NCBI RefSeq assembly: GCF_052425735.1
Contig: NC_135765.1
Location: 7,068,001-7,132,000, forward strand
Origin: Oculina patagonica
Lineage: Eukaryota
Direction of reading: 5' to 3'
Length of the DNA: 64,000 nt
The notes under the pieces were generated by a model. It was given only the letters and a program-made list of their open reading frames with translations. It searched no databases and was not told the DNA's origin. The position numbers and the translations under genes were made by a program. The number at the start of each line of letters is the position of its first letter. Positions within the stretch are counted from its first letter, which is position 1. Positions 36,001 through 45,554 of this stretch are shown one piece after another.

Positions 36001-39000
36001 AAATGTTTAGATACTACAAGACTAAAAAATGTTCTTATCTACAATGTTCTAACGTTCAGTTCAGTCTAATGTTCACTGCCTTAAAATCCTTCAAAGTCTT
36101 CATCGTCGCTCTCACCAAACAGTGCCATATAGGAAGCTTCATCGATCTCTGCTGCAGCCATTTCATTCTCGTCAGCATAGTAAAGATCGCTGTCATCCTC
36201 GGGGAGTAATTCGCTGTCTACGGTATCCTCGTCGTCATCTTGCCACAGGAAATCATCCTCACTGCCATCCAGGGCGTTTGTGATGCTGCATTTTAGGAAG
36301 GACTTCCTGATCAGTTGCTGAGGTATCTCGTCCCAAGCTTCTTTGATCCATGTGCAGATCACATCTAGCTCGACCTTCCGCTTTCTGCCACTAATCTATC
36401 AACCACAGGAAAGCTTATGTTGCTTTTTATACAGTGTTTGCCGTTCTTAGACTATGTTTTCGTTATAAATAAAGCTCAGCTGTAAGTCAATGTAACTAGA
36501 AAAACCTGTGCTGAATCGCAAATTTATTACAAAAAATACGCGAGTGAGAGATGCGATCGCTACTTGTACACACGTTTTGACAGATTGTCGGAGATATTCT
36601 GACTTATTCCACTTACATAGACCATTCCTGAGTTATGAAAAACATTTAAAACCCACAGATTGAATGACTGATTGACGTAGTAAGGTGCACGGATCGAACT
36701 TTAAGACATTAGTTTCATTTATGCGCTGTTATGTTCGTGTTACATTTGTTTGATTTACGCACGATTGTTATGGGTTGCTAAGGTTACTGAATGGATCAAA
36801 GATGGCGGCGGATTGTGTCAAATTCGCACATCTTAGTTTATGCTACGTTTTTATGCAGTTTTTGATGTTCCTGGATTCTGTTTTTGTTGAAAACCAAGCT
36901 CAGTTGTAAGTTAACATAATTATTTGACCGAGGAAACCATGTTGAATCTTGAATCGTATCTAAACATAAGCACATGAAACTTACGATCGTAACTTGTACA
37001 CGCATTAAGACGACCATTCAGTCAGATATGTTATCGGCAATTCTGATCAATTCTACATGCGTGGATCATTTCTCTAGCTAAGCTTGAATGATTTAACGAC
37101 TCAGTGGGGTGCATGGATCAAACTGTTCCTTCAGGCTTCAAAAAACATTCGTATCAACTGCGATTAACTAGAATATCAAAGTCACACATTGGCCCAAGTC
37201 TATACACGTGTGTTGCGCAAAGAATTGCGTGAAAACTTTAGATGGTTCTCGAATTAGACATATGAAGATTGAAGTTATACCGTGTATAGGCCGCACCCCC
37301 ATTTTGAAGAAAATTTATAAGGAAAAAAAGTGCGGCCTATACACGTGCGAATACGGTATATGTATATACAGGGCTGCAAATAACTGTGGGTCATCGGACA
37401 TTGACCAACCAAAATTTGCCCATGCCTGATGAAATCCCAAGTGTGGTCGGACTTAATGTCCAGACAATTTTTTGATTGTAAATCATTTGACAGCAACGAT
37501 GAATAAAACTCTGGCCGACCACAATTTTGTTTTGTCTGACCAAGATGGTGTCTTAGTAGGACATACCGGTATGTCCTTGCAAGTGAAAAAAATTATTTGC
37601 AGCCCTGAATCTATGATCTAAAAACAAACCTTTGTGCATCTAATCTGAGGTCAGCTGAAATACTAAACCAAATATGTTTGCACCTTCCACGGGCAAAGTT
37701 GTCCAATATAATTCCAGAGATCTAGATTGGAAATTAATTCAAGAGATTATAAACAAATTATTTTGACCAGAAATGTCTCATCTTCCTGATAAAATATACC
37801 GCTATAGTCAGTCTTGAAGGGTATCTTGAGAACAGTTCAAGGGGGTGTCACTGACTCTGATAGATATCCCACTTCTCCTTAGAGCATCAATACCAAATCA
37901 GGTAAATCAGTAGTGAGAATTAAGACAATGGCAAAACTGTTGTTTTACAACAACTGTAATTAGAGTTGGACATTGTTTGAGAGCTATGGTCGATAAAAGT
38001 ATAGACCATAAATATGATGTGAGTTCCTGTAAAAATGCAAGGTAATTTTTGGAAACTTTAAAAATTGTTGCAACTTTTCAATAAACAGAAAACGAAGAGT
38101 TTTAAAATATATACTGCAATATTTGGACAAATTTCCAACAAGCTGGTTGGCTTCAAGCAGAAAACGTGATCTTTTGTGTTATCGTGCACGCACATGCGAT
38201 TTTTATATTCCCTCTTATTTGCCATTAAGTTTCTTTGTTATTGTAAAACAAAATGGGCAACATTTTTTCATTACACTTTTCTAGACCATGGAAACTTAAG
38301 AGTGAAATCGAGCTTGCTTTGCTTGTGGTTCCACTTGAGTTTTGATAATTTTATGGCCCCATTTCTAGGGTCTATTATTAAAGTGTTGACCATGGAAAAA
38401 TAGTTTATGGTTGATTTGTCTATTTTGAATGATTTCTTTAAGAAAATGTAGGAAAACCAATTACAAAGATTTGGCATTTTTGACCTCATGCATTTGTTCC
38501 CAGTTTAACACGGTTTAACTGATAAACTCACCTGTCTCCCTTTGCCAACACCAGCACCATCTCCAATAAAGAACCCCGCCCTCTGTCCACTCGCAAGGAC
38601 CATCTGATGTCTCTGACACTGAAAAGTGAGAGAAACCAACAAGATGTTTGACACAAGGATAAACTCAGAACTGAACGAGAAAGTCTCATTAAAAAATAGC
38701 TAACTTATTATTGTTGTCTACTTCAGCTTCTACACCACTAAGAGTTTGGTTGTTTGAATCAAACAGACCAAGATTTTGACAGTTCAATTGCCCAATCAAA
38801 AACCTATTACAGTCGAAGCTCTCATAATCGGACACCCTCGGGACGCGAAAAAAGTGTTCGCAACTGAAGCTGGCCGCTTACGAGAATGGTTCTCGTAAGC
38901 GGCCACTAGAGGTGTAGGGGATAGATGGCCGCTTACATATGCTAATATGCGTGTAAGTGGTGTTTCGAAATGTAACCGAACGTGGATGTCGACAAAACAA

Positions 39001-42000
39001 ACACTGAAATAGTAATTACTGAAAAATCATTGCGACGAACGGCGATGTGAAGTTGATTGATAAAAATAAGATTCAAAGGTTGTTACTAGGATTTTCTTTG
39101 GGGTGTCCGCTTACGGGAGCTTAAAAACAAAGAAAAAGTCGATGTCGTAATCTCTGAAAGTGTCCGCAGCCGCTTATGGGAATGTCCGCTTACAAGAATG
39201 TAAAAATACAGAGTTTGTATGGGAGTTAAAACGGGGTTTTAAACAAGGCGGTCGTAAGTAGAGCTGTCTGCTTACGAGAGTGTCCGTTAAGAGAGCTTCG
39301 ACTGTACTTTGCTCTACTTACAGCATATAAAACACCCTCCAGCTGTAAGTCACTCAGTTTACCTGAAAGAATGGAACAGGTAAATAAGTCAACACCAAGA
39401 AAACACGCAGAAGAGTTTGAGGTAAAACAACAGTAATTGCTAACAAGCACCCCGGGGAAGAGAAGGGGGCGCCCCAAAAGGGGGGGGGGGGGGGGGGGGG
39501 GGGAAGCGGGGGGGGCCCGGAGGGGGGGGAAAAAAAAAGAGAAGAGACCGGTAATGTTTTTTCAATGACTTTAGAATACCACATGAGCAAACCTTTGCAC
39601 AAGGTTTATCTTTGGAGTTTGTACTATTAGTGTCTTAACGTCACTAGCCACAGCCAGCGAGCTGGCAGTGGGGGAGAGGAGAACGCGCACGCGGCAGCGA
39701 CGGGGAAGAAGAGAAGAAGAACGCCAGCCACCAGACGCCCTAACGGGGAAATCTTTTCACGATATGATACGCGGTGAAGATGAAAAAAAAGGGACTGTCT
39801 TCAAACTCACATGTGGTACAGGAAAAAACCGGGAAAGATCAGGCCAAAATGTCTGAAATTGGAGGCCAAAAATCACGCAAGTCGGGGAAACCAGTTAAGT
39901 CATATCACTGCCGAGTTGTTTGCCGCAACCATTGTTTCACCCTGCTTTCCCCACAATGCTAATTGAGCGGCCTAGTTGCGGAGAGAGGAAAGCCAACAAC
40001 CACAGGAGAGCGGAGCGGCCCTGGAGGCCGCTATTCGAGATTCTCCCGTTAGAGGCGCTGCGGCTGGCGGCTGGCGTTCACTCCCGCCCCGCCGCGCGCT
40101 CGCGCGCGCCGCCCCCCGACGAAGAACGCCAAGCTACGCTGGCTACTAGCCACCTACGCAGACGTTTTTTGGCTTGTCACACAATCTTTCCTCTCCAACG
40201 AACATCTGCTAAACTTTTGAGAAAACAGTCATTTCCATCAATTTTTGGGGGAGTTAAATTGTCTTCACACGAAGCAAGGATTTGAAAGTTTTTTTTTTCA
40301 TGCATAAATTAACACTGGGAAAGTAATCGCCCCAAGGGAGCTTATGGGTGTGTGTGATTGGCTCTTTAGTCACCTCCATGTGATCTCCACAGGGTTGGAA
40401 ATTTGCGCCCACCCACTCGCCCAGGCGAGTGTGAAAACTGTCGGGTGAGTACAAATCACGGATCACTAGCCCGGTTTGGCGAGTCCTATTTTCATATCGT
40501 AACTTTTACTTTCCACTTTAAAACAATCTACACTGTCCACAAGCGGATATAGCTTTCCAACATTTTGAAATCTCCAACCAACTGTGCTCCAACAAAGCTG
40601 CACATTCGTAAACAGGCAAAAATGGCTTCCATTTGGTGATTGTTACATGATGGACATACTTGTACAAAGTAATACCTTATTGTTACTTATTTTCGCGGGT
40701 ACTAACCGCGAAAATGGAACAGAATTTTTGGAGACATTCGCGATGGCAAAAACGAAAGAAAAAAAAATAGCTAATCTCGCGAGAGGACGCGAAATAAGCC
40801 GCGAAAATAAGTAACAATAAGGTACCTCTAGTCACAAATACACTGAGTTGTCCACCGAGCCAAAAACATAGCAAGATGGCTAGTTCCCGATTTTCCGGCC
40901 TCTTTTTCTGTACAATTTTAAAACTTTGCTTGCAAACTACAGGAATTTGGGAAGACGTATCAAATTAAAAACTGTGTAAGGTCTATTTTTGGCGATTTTT
41001 CATTGAAGAAATAGTTTGCAGTCCGTATCGATTTTTCATTGAAGAAATAGTTTGCAGTCCGTATTGCGATCGACCACCATGATGGTGGCACGGTGAGTAT
41101 CAAAAGTGATTCGTGGGGGGACGGGGGCTAAATTTTCTTTTTCTTTTAAAATGGAGGAGACTGGGCGAGTGTAAAACTAATCTGGGCGAGTGCAATTCGA
41201 AGGTCACTAGCCAGAGGCTAGTGCTCTGATATTTTTTGTTTCTAACCCTGTCTCCAGCTGATCTTTTTAAACAAAAGGAAAACTTGTAACAAGTGCCACT
41301 AGTTTCAGCAGACTTTCGTTAGGAAGGAAAGATTATGTGTCGAGCCAAAAGAACGTCTGCGCTAGAGGCTATAACATCATTTGTCCAGGAAGAGGAATGA
41401 AGTCTCACCTGTCTCTACTAAATCTTGTGGAAGTGACTCAAACAATCCATATTTAGCTGCTGGTAGCTGTTGAGCCTATTGGGAAGATACAGCTTGTTAC
41501 AGATACTAATTAAAAAGTTTCAAGCCTTTTTACAAGCCTGTTTTGGCTTGTCATGCTGTAATCAGGCTGAACTGTTTCAGGTTATTAGGATGTCTGCATA
41601 GTAGGCTTTTTACCTTAATTCTACTACTTTAAACCCTTCTACTTCTTTTAAACACTTACAGCCAGACATCCAGCCTCTACAATATCTCCTGGATGACGCT
41701 GAACCTCCTTCTGCTTTAATGAATTACACACGTAGCTGGAGAAGACATCTTCACTGTGAACGAAATCAAACATGAAAAACATTTATTATTAGCCATTTGT
41801 AGGGATTGACAGATCTTGTGTACTATGGGCGGTCTTGGTCGATCCCTCCCTAATTATCTGTAAAGTAGTGACCAACTGTGTCAACCATATATCAGCAAAA
41901 TGTTGGCCGAAATGTCAACTTATTTCCAACCTCTAATTGACTGTTCCATCAGTCAATTCTTGACTGACATGTCAACCAATACTCCTTCAAAAGTCAGTAA

Positions 42001-42850
42001 AGTATTGGACGAGTGTTGACTAAATAATGGTTGATACTCGACCAAATATTAGTCGACACTCAACCGATATATTGCCTCAACACTCAATTATATATACATA
42101 TCGACTGACCGAGGGATTGACCAAGACCGCCTATTCATGTATTTTAGTACACATGATCCAGGTTGACTACATTAAATAGAAATCCTTAAGGACTTGGATG
42201 TGCTATTGAGATGTTGTCAACCACTGCTCTATCCCAGACGTATTGAAAAACAAACTGATGTGGGTTTCAAACATGTACATGTTGTAGCATAATCTGGTAT
42301 ATGACTACAGTCGAAGCTCTCTTAACCCTGGACACTCTCGTAAGCGGACAGCTCTCCCCACCCCCAGCATCCCCTCCTCCAGTCCAAGCCTTATGCACCT
42401 ATCAATGGTTTGCCCCAGGATGGGGGGGGGGCAACCCCAGGGGAATTTGAAATTTTTTGGAATCCAGATTTGAATTCCCCACCCCTGGGCACCTAGTGAA
42501 TGTCAAATTTCACATATCTCCTCTTAAATTTCTAACCCAGCAGACCATTTTAGATGTCAAAATCCCTACCCTGGGAGGACTTACAATGTCAAATTCCCGT
42601 GGGTTGCCCCCCCCCCCCCCATCCTAGGGCAAACCATTGATATAGGTGCATTAGCTTGCCCTTCAATGGCCTGGGATAATTGCCAGAAAATGCTTCGATT
42701 TCCGCCAAGTTACCCAAACAGAATTCATTTTGTTTAGATCTTGCATGTACCACGGAACCTAATTAACTTCAATCGAAAAATTACACGAATTTTCCTTCAA
42801 AATGTGAATTTCGCTTACCTTCGACTCTCAGCGATGACCCCATGCGCCAT
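10246..42850 (-). CDS. Strawberry notch (SBNO)-family SF2 helicase-like protein, 33 exons; 1187 aa as assembled (1221 aa, stop at 10143-10145, if the last-exon frameshift is corrected)
   Basis: Exons 5'->3', all GT-AG and phase-compatible: 42850-42819, 41753-41660, 41475-41409, 39362-39322, 38618-38532, 37721-37630, 34785-34717, 34532-34453, 33781-33672, 32803-32751, 32620-32557, 31812-31722, 30821-30742, 29835-29768, 29573-29463, 28752-28659, 28143-28024, 26038-25953, 20765-20606, 19489-19429, 19216-19087, 18615-18530, 17710-17595, 17489-17394, 16892-16773, 15929-15868, 15635-15534, 15446-15267, 14718-14636, 13533-13450, 13293-13188, 11903-11765, 10845-10246. SBNO hallmarks: [21 protein letters not shown] (Walker A), [98 protein letters not shown]. 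Start context AAAATGGCG. Confidence 0.93.
11068..11519. mobile_element. Kolobok-like MITE (TTAA TSD) inserted into another repeat
   Basis: TTAA|GGTCATTGCCC ... GGGCAATGACC|TTAA. The flanks match the uninterrupted repeat at ~44670-44790. Confidence 0.85.
12053..12257. mobile_element. Harbinger-type MITE
   Basis: TIR CCTGGTTCACACTAGCGACAT / ATGTCGCTAGTGTGAACCAGG, with internal GACATAA repeats. Confidence 0.8.
12580..12865. repeat. Interspersed repeat with a terminal long hairpin (possibly a non-autonomous Crypton-like element)
   Basis: Hairpin AATTATTCCAC...GTTGGATATGAGA...TAGCCAAC / GTTGGCTA...TCTCATATCCAAC...GTGGAATAATT. The same architecture occurs at 32996-33290. Confidence 0.55.
13621..13979. 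mobile_element. Kolobok-like MITE
   Basis: AGGGACACTGTCAC ... GTGACAGTATCCCT in a degenerate TTAA context; termini related to 25202-25571 and 26073-26443. Confidence 0.7.
16155..16358. repeat. Perfect ~99-bp-arm palindrome inside a reverse-oriented SINE
   Basis: 16155-16253 is the exact reverse complement of 16260-16358; the centre is a G12/C6 homopolymer junction. Confidence 0.9.
17802..18197. mobile_element. Harbinger-type MITE (TAA TSD)
   Basis: TAA|GGTCCGGGCCAAAC...ACTTTACATGA ... TCATGTAAAGT...GTTTGGCCTGGGCC|TAA. Confidence 0.8.
18660..19083. repeat. Degenerate tandem repeat (~85-105 bp unit, about 4 copies)
   Basis: Recurring GTGTGACCATTCAAAT...CAGTACTTTCATGTG...CTGTTTATTATGCTGTACAAG...GGATGAAACCCT. 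Confidence 0.8.
20798..21336. mobile_element. Young Harbinger-type MITE (TAA TSD)
   Basis: TAA|GGGCCTGTTTACATGATTCCGGAATGACTTTCATTCCGGAACGA ... TCGTTCCGGAATGAAAGTCATTCCGGAATCATGTAAACAGGCCC|TAA; perfect TIRs longer than 40 bp. Confidence 0.9.
21872..21983. repeat. Short inverted repeat (hairpin)
   Basis: CATTTAAAAATATTACAGGGGAAACTGT ... ACAGTTTCCCCTGTAATATTTTTAAATG. Confidence 0.75.
22507..23619 (+). CDS. Intronless class A (rhodopsin-like) orphan GPCR, 370 aa, nested antisense in SBNO-like intron 18
   Basis: Seven hydrophobic segments: TM1 LLNVLVI, TM2 LAGSDLL, TM3 DRY, TM4 W, TM6 KAANTL...SFLP, TM7 NPVIY, helix 8 LRRAF. Confidence 0.92.
   Translation: MGLSDPEMEKCPYMLGTVWRKSYLTEDTFRSLVAVTVVNSLALILNILLNVLVILAVATRRPLRTNSNILLACLAGSDLLAGLIGHSVAIAVELKRILGDGPFCTLEKVSAVTIAEVSLASLNHLLLIGIDRYVAIKHPLRYRDIVTKQRIKAGILFAWVFTASFTIHEIVLAAIDSETKTFSKYLNVVSIIKTLLGSVYIFAIGYIYVYIFIVSLRQKRRLQTEQPSQEEANRVKKNNKAANTLAFILGALILSFLPTMTLLLLTSSNHTVKPSIMCVLWSWCTTLIILGSIFNPVIYCCRNKKLRRAFLEIVHFRQPENSPPEIEMVEIKRHRPEIQPTACEAFSLPVVQGQPVLLSNPHRIEKKTSF
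23888..24302. mobile_element. Tc1/mariner-type MITE (TA TSD)
   Basis: TA|CCTTATT...TTTTCGCG ... CGCGAAAATAAAAAAAAATAAGG|TA. Confidence 0.7.
24529..24971 (+). mobile_element. 5'-truncated Penelope-like retroelement (GIY-YIG endonuclease C-terminus)
   Basis: ORF 24528-24854 [29 protein letters not shown]...[16 protein letters not shown] fits the PLE GIY-YIG pattern. Flanked by a 19-bp imperfect duplication TCAA(C/A)TGACGCAGTT(T/C)AGA at 24510-24528 and 24972-24990. Confidence 0.85.
25202..25571. mobile_element. Kolobok-like MITE (TTAA TSD)
   Basis: TTAA|AGGGACCGTGTCACGG ... CCGTGACACAGTCACT|TTAA. Confidence 0.8.
26073..26443. mobile_element. Kolobok-like MITE
   Basis: TTAA|AGGCGCTATGTCACG ... 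CGTGATATAGCCCCT; shares internal CGAAGATTAAAACGGATTGC with 25202-25571. Confidence 0.75.
26962..27138. mobile_element. Short MITE (hAT-like termini)
   Basis: AGACTGTTCACAGTCCTCTATTTT ... AAAATAGAGAGGTTGTGAACAGTCT. Confidence 0.7.
27147..27964. mobile_element. Kolobok-like non-autonomous element (TTAA TSD)
   Basis: TTAA|GGTGGC...CAGT ... ACTGTATTCAGCCACC|TTAA. Confidence 0.7.
28322..28542. mobile_element. Palindromic MITE (~75-bp arms)
   Basis: CTTATCACGGTTTTCGACGCCATCTTGAC...TACAGTGTTTGTATGGGAA and its reverse complement; a partial copy sits at ~6998-7026. Confidence 0.85.
30293..30530. repeat. 8-bp-unit minisatellite (ACTTCCA[G/C])n, about 29 units
   Basis: Tandem units directly visible; explains the spurious repetitive ORFs at 30102-30569. 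Confidence 0.95.
31241..31663. mobile_element. Interspersed repeat with CCGGGG...CCCCGG termini (MITE-like)
   Basis: Long colinear similarity to 54810-55199 (TATACGGGGAGGCTCC, ACCCTTTTATATACC, AAAAAGGTACCCCTTTC). Confidence 0.8.
32015..32409. mobile_element. Fully palindromic ~395-bp MITE (TA TSD) nested in an older CpG-decayed Tc1-like MITE (~31936-32510)
   Basis: TA|GCCATGTTCAAAACGAGCAGGGGACTG ... CAGTCCCCTGCTCGTTTTGAACATGGC|TA; the arms pair almost to the centre near 32212. Confidence 0.88.
32996..33290. repeat. Interspersed repeat with a terminal long hairpin
   Basis: AACAATTAGACTACGAGCCCGAGTTTTCTATGAG ... CTCATAGAAAACTCGGGCTCGTAGTCTAATTGTT. Confidence 0.65.
33827..34065 (+). mobile_element. 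tRNA-derived SINE (family B)
   Basis: A-box TGGCGCAGTGG and B-box GGTTCGATTCT, body ATGTGGGTTGAGTTTGTTGTTGGTTCTC. A reverse fragment lies at ~14060-14175. Confidence 0.82.
35339..37356 (-). mobile_element. pogo-like (Tc1/mariner superfamily) internal-deletion derivative with a transposase C-terminal remnant at ~36081-36390
   Basis: TA TSD and perfect ~28-bp TIRs CCGTATTCGCACGTGTATAGGCCGCACT. The ORF remnant [33 protein letters not shown] followed by an acidic tail is typical of pogo-family transposase C-termini. Confidence 0.9.
37369..37607. mobile_element. hAT-like MITE
   Basis: CAGGGCTGCAAATAA ... TTATTTGCAGCCCTG; TSD not recognisable. Confidence 0.7.
38810..39304. mobile_element. Tc1/mariner-type MITE (TA TSD)
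   Basis: TA|CAGTCGAAGCTCTC ... GAGAGCTTCGACTG|TA with internal CCGCTTACG repeats. A solo end lies at ~42308-42355. Confidence 0.88.
39645..41371. mobile_element. Nested MITE stack in SBNO-like intron 3
   Basis: Host TAGCC...CGCAGACGTT / AACGTCTGCG...GGCTA with flanks TAACGTCAC/TAACATCAT. Insert 39652-40145 has TSD CTAGCCAC. Insert 40390-41250 (CAGGGTT...AACCCTG) is flanked by TCTCCA and contains the Tc1-type MITE 40675-40822 (TA). Confidence 0.75.
41812..42159. mobile_element. MITE-like element with TIRs, CpG-decayed
   Basis: GATCTTGTGTACTA..GGCGGTCTTGGTCGATCCCTC ... GAGGGATTGACCAAGACCGCC..TAGTACACATGATC. Confidence 0.65.
42392..42653. mobile_element. MITE with G/C-run subterminal arms
   Basis: ATGCACCTATCAATGGTTTGCCC.AGGATGGGGG ... 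CCCCCATCCT.GGGCAAACCATTGAT..AGGTGCAT. Confidence 0.8.
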
Positions 42851-43633
42851 TTTGTTGAGTTCTTCATGTTCCTCGCTTGGATTTTCTACACGGTTGATGA
42901 AGACACGACGTGGCGGTACTGGTGATTCTGGACTAGAAAGCGCCATTGATAACTTATGATGCAGAAATTGGCGACCGAACTCACTACATTTTCATGATTT
43001 AAACGAAAATTTCTTGTTATTTTACACCGCGGTGTTGGTAAAAAGTTCCCGCATTTTTGGCTATAACCGCTGAGGCAGCAAGGGCGCATACAGCTGGACC
43101 ATGTTGCATTGCGGTGCCTGCGAAGCAGGCCAAAAACGGGGACGGGGTGGGGAAAAAGAAAAAAGCTCCCTCTCCATTCGACGCCTGCTACGCAGGCTAG
43201 ATCCACTTGCCAATAAATTAAAATCGCACGGATTGAGAACTTTCATGATGAATATAGCCGATTCGCGGATTTCGAAATCGAAAGGACCTTTTAAAGACCG
43301 CTTCGTGACACACTGTCACCTTTTTCTGCTCGACAAGTTGCGTTATATTGTAGCGTCGCATGCATTAATTCACAACACGATTTCTATCCCCGGAGTAAAT
43401 CGCTGTCTTCTATAGCCCTTTGTAAAGAGCCGAGAAAAGAAAGATGGACATTTGTTTTTCTTAAATCTAAGAGAACCGCAAATACCGGTACAATTTCTTT
43501 CTTTCGGTTGATTTAGGTTATACGTCAGATACGTTGTATTAGTGATCATTAGTCCTTGCCGGGGTGTATTTCCCTTTGTAGATCTTTGCAGAAATCTACG
43601 CCCGTACGTAGATTTTTGTGTTTGCAATTTCAT

Positions 43634-44045
43634 CAATCGATAGGGTTTCTAAAACTGCTTTTCACACAGGCTAGAATCTTTTCACAAAGGCTAGAGAATG
43701 TAGACGCAACAGCCCGGGGTTCAACATTTCAACATTTGATCAACCCACCAGTTAGCCTAGCCTAGTTGAGATATTATTTGTAGTCAGGGAAAATCCAAAG
43801 AATCACAGGAATCTTACGTTACCAAATTTAATAATTTTAAATTTTAATCTTACACAATCGATAGGGTTTCTAAAACTGCTTTTCACACAGGCTAGAATCT
43901 TTTCACAAAGGCTAGAATGTAACGCAACACCCGGCCGGGATTCAACATTCCAAATTGACCACTTCATTTGATCAACCCACCAGAATCCAAAGAATCACAG
44001 GAATCTTACGTTACCAAATTTAATAATTTAAATTTTAATCTTACA
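43634..44045. repeat. Tandem duplication, ~220-bp unit x2
   Basis: CAATCGATAGGGTTTCTAAAACTGCTTTTCACACAGGCTAG...AAATTTTAATCTTACA begins at 43634 and again at 43855. Confidence 0.9.
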
Positions 44046-45554
44046 TAAAAGAGTACGAACATTTAAAGGCAAAAATTTGGAGAATTTCATAAATATACTA
44101 AAAATCTTTCACAAAGAAATCGTGAAGATACCGATGACGTCATATTTCCTGACGAGTTTAATGCTGAATGATCCGAAAGTTGAAGCATCTTCCTCGGAAA
44201 TCTTCGGAAATTTTTTTTAATCTTCGGAAAAGTTCTAAAAATGCCTGAAAACGTTTTTATAGCCTAGATCTAGGCCATAACGTTTTCGGGCATTTTTAGA
44301 ACAACACTCGGAAAATCGTCGGAAATCTTTGGTATAGAAATTGCAGAAAGTTGCTCGAAAGGAATAATGTTGCTCGAAAGATGAAACGTTGCTCAAAAGT
44401 TACCAAACATCGATCGGGACAGGCTTAATCACGGATCGACGAATTGGACAGACTCCTGCCCCTTCCCATGGCGGCCTTTAAACGTACAATAAACGCGCGC
44501 CACTGTGGATTTTTGCGGAGCTCAGTAGGGCTGAATTTCACCTGCAGGCCTTTTTTTCCAATGCTTTATAATATGGGTTTAACGGAAATATCTCTTTCGT
44601 GTTTTTTTCAGGGAACCCAGAAACGCTTCATTCATCCCATAGATCTATGTTTTGCGGTGTTTTGTAAATTTGGGAGGAGATAGTTATTTCTCAAAGGATT
44701 AGTAAAATTTAGAGAAATAGAGAAATAAGAAATATTGGAGATTTAATGTGATTTTGAAATTAGAATTTGAAGTTTAAAAATTGGTTACACCAAAAGTCGG
44801 TTATATATTTACATCTACGATTTTTTCAAAAAGTTCAACAATACTCGACTTTCTGCACCCTCCCCCGTTCCTCCTCTGTGCCATACATTTTGCTTGAAAC
44901 TCACCCCTCCCCTAGACGATTTAGTCACGAACCACACAGCTTACAAATTAATTTCTGTTGAGAACAAAAGAAGGGATGATCCTCTTACTACCTAAATATG
45001 AAATTCTGAATGTCACCCAGCTGAGTCACTCAATCCACCAAAATTCTTTCATATTTGCACGGACCACCACGATGTGACACGAGTACTCGTCCCTGGCTTA
45101 TCTCACGGCCGGCTGCGAAATAAGCGCTTTCCGTTTTATCTTGTGCCGGATTTGTCCGTGGAAGAAAATGCCGCCATTTATGTTTCCAATAGGCCCACCT
45201 TAGAGAATTCGTTTTCCGGTTGTGTGGTACGACTATCTTTCTGTTTGAAGAGGGTATAGATGTTTTTCTTGTGTTTTCTTACAACTAAATAGCTCGACAG
45301 CTGGGCCTTTAAAGTTATGAGTGTAAATTAATATCTGGCGGTGTCTCGTTTCACTAAACCACAGATGACCTGTACTGTTTTCACATTTTTGATTGCTTTT
45401 CGTTAATTTGTAACGAGGTTGTTATCTAACACCTTTGTATCCGCGATATTTTGCAGCCAGGGTCATGTCTTAGGGAAAACAATATATTGAATTTCATGTC
45501 TTTGGCGTGCGTGCCGTGCTCTTAGCCGAATAACAGAACAGAATTATCAGAGCC

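Noticed and set aside
42190-42300. Possible extra exon in SBNO-like intron 1
   Set aside because: No convincing splice pair was found, and exons 1 and 2 already join in phase (AG|T).
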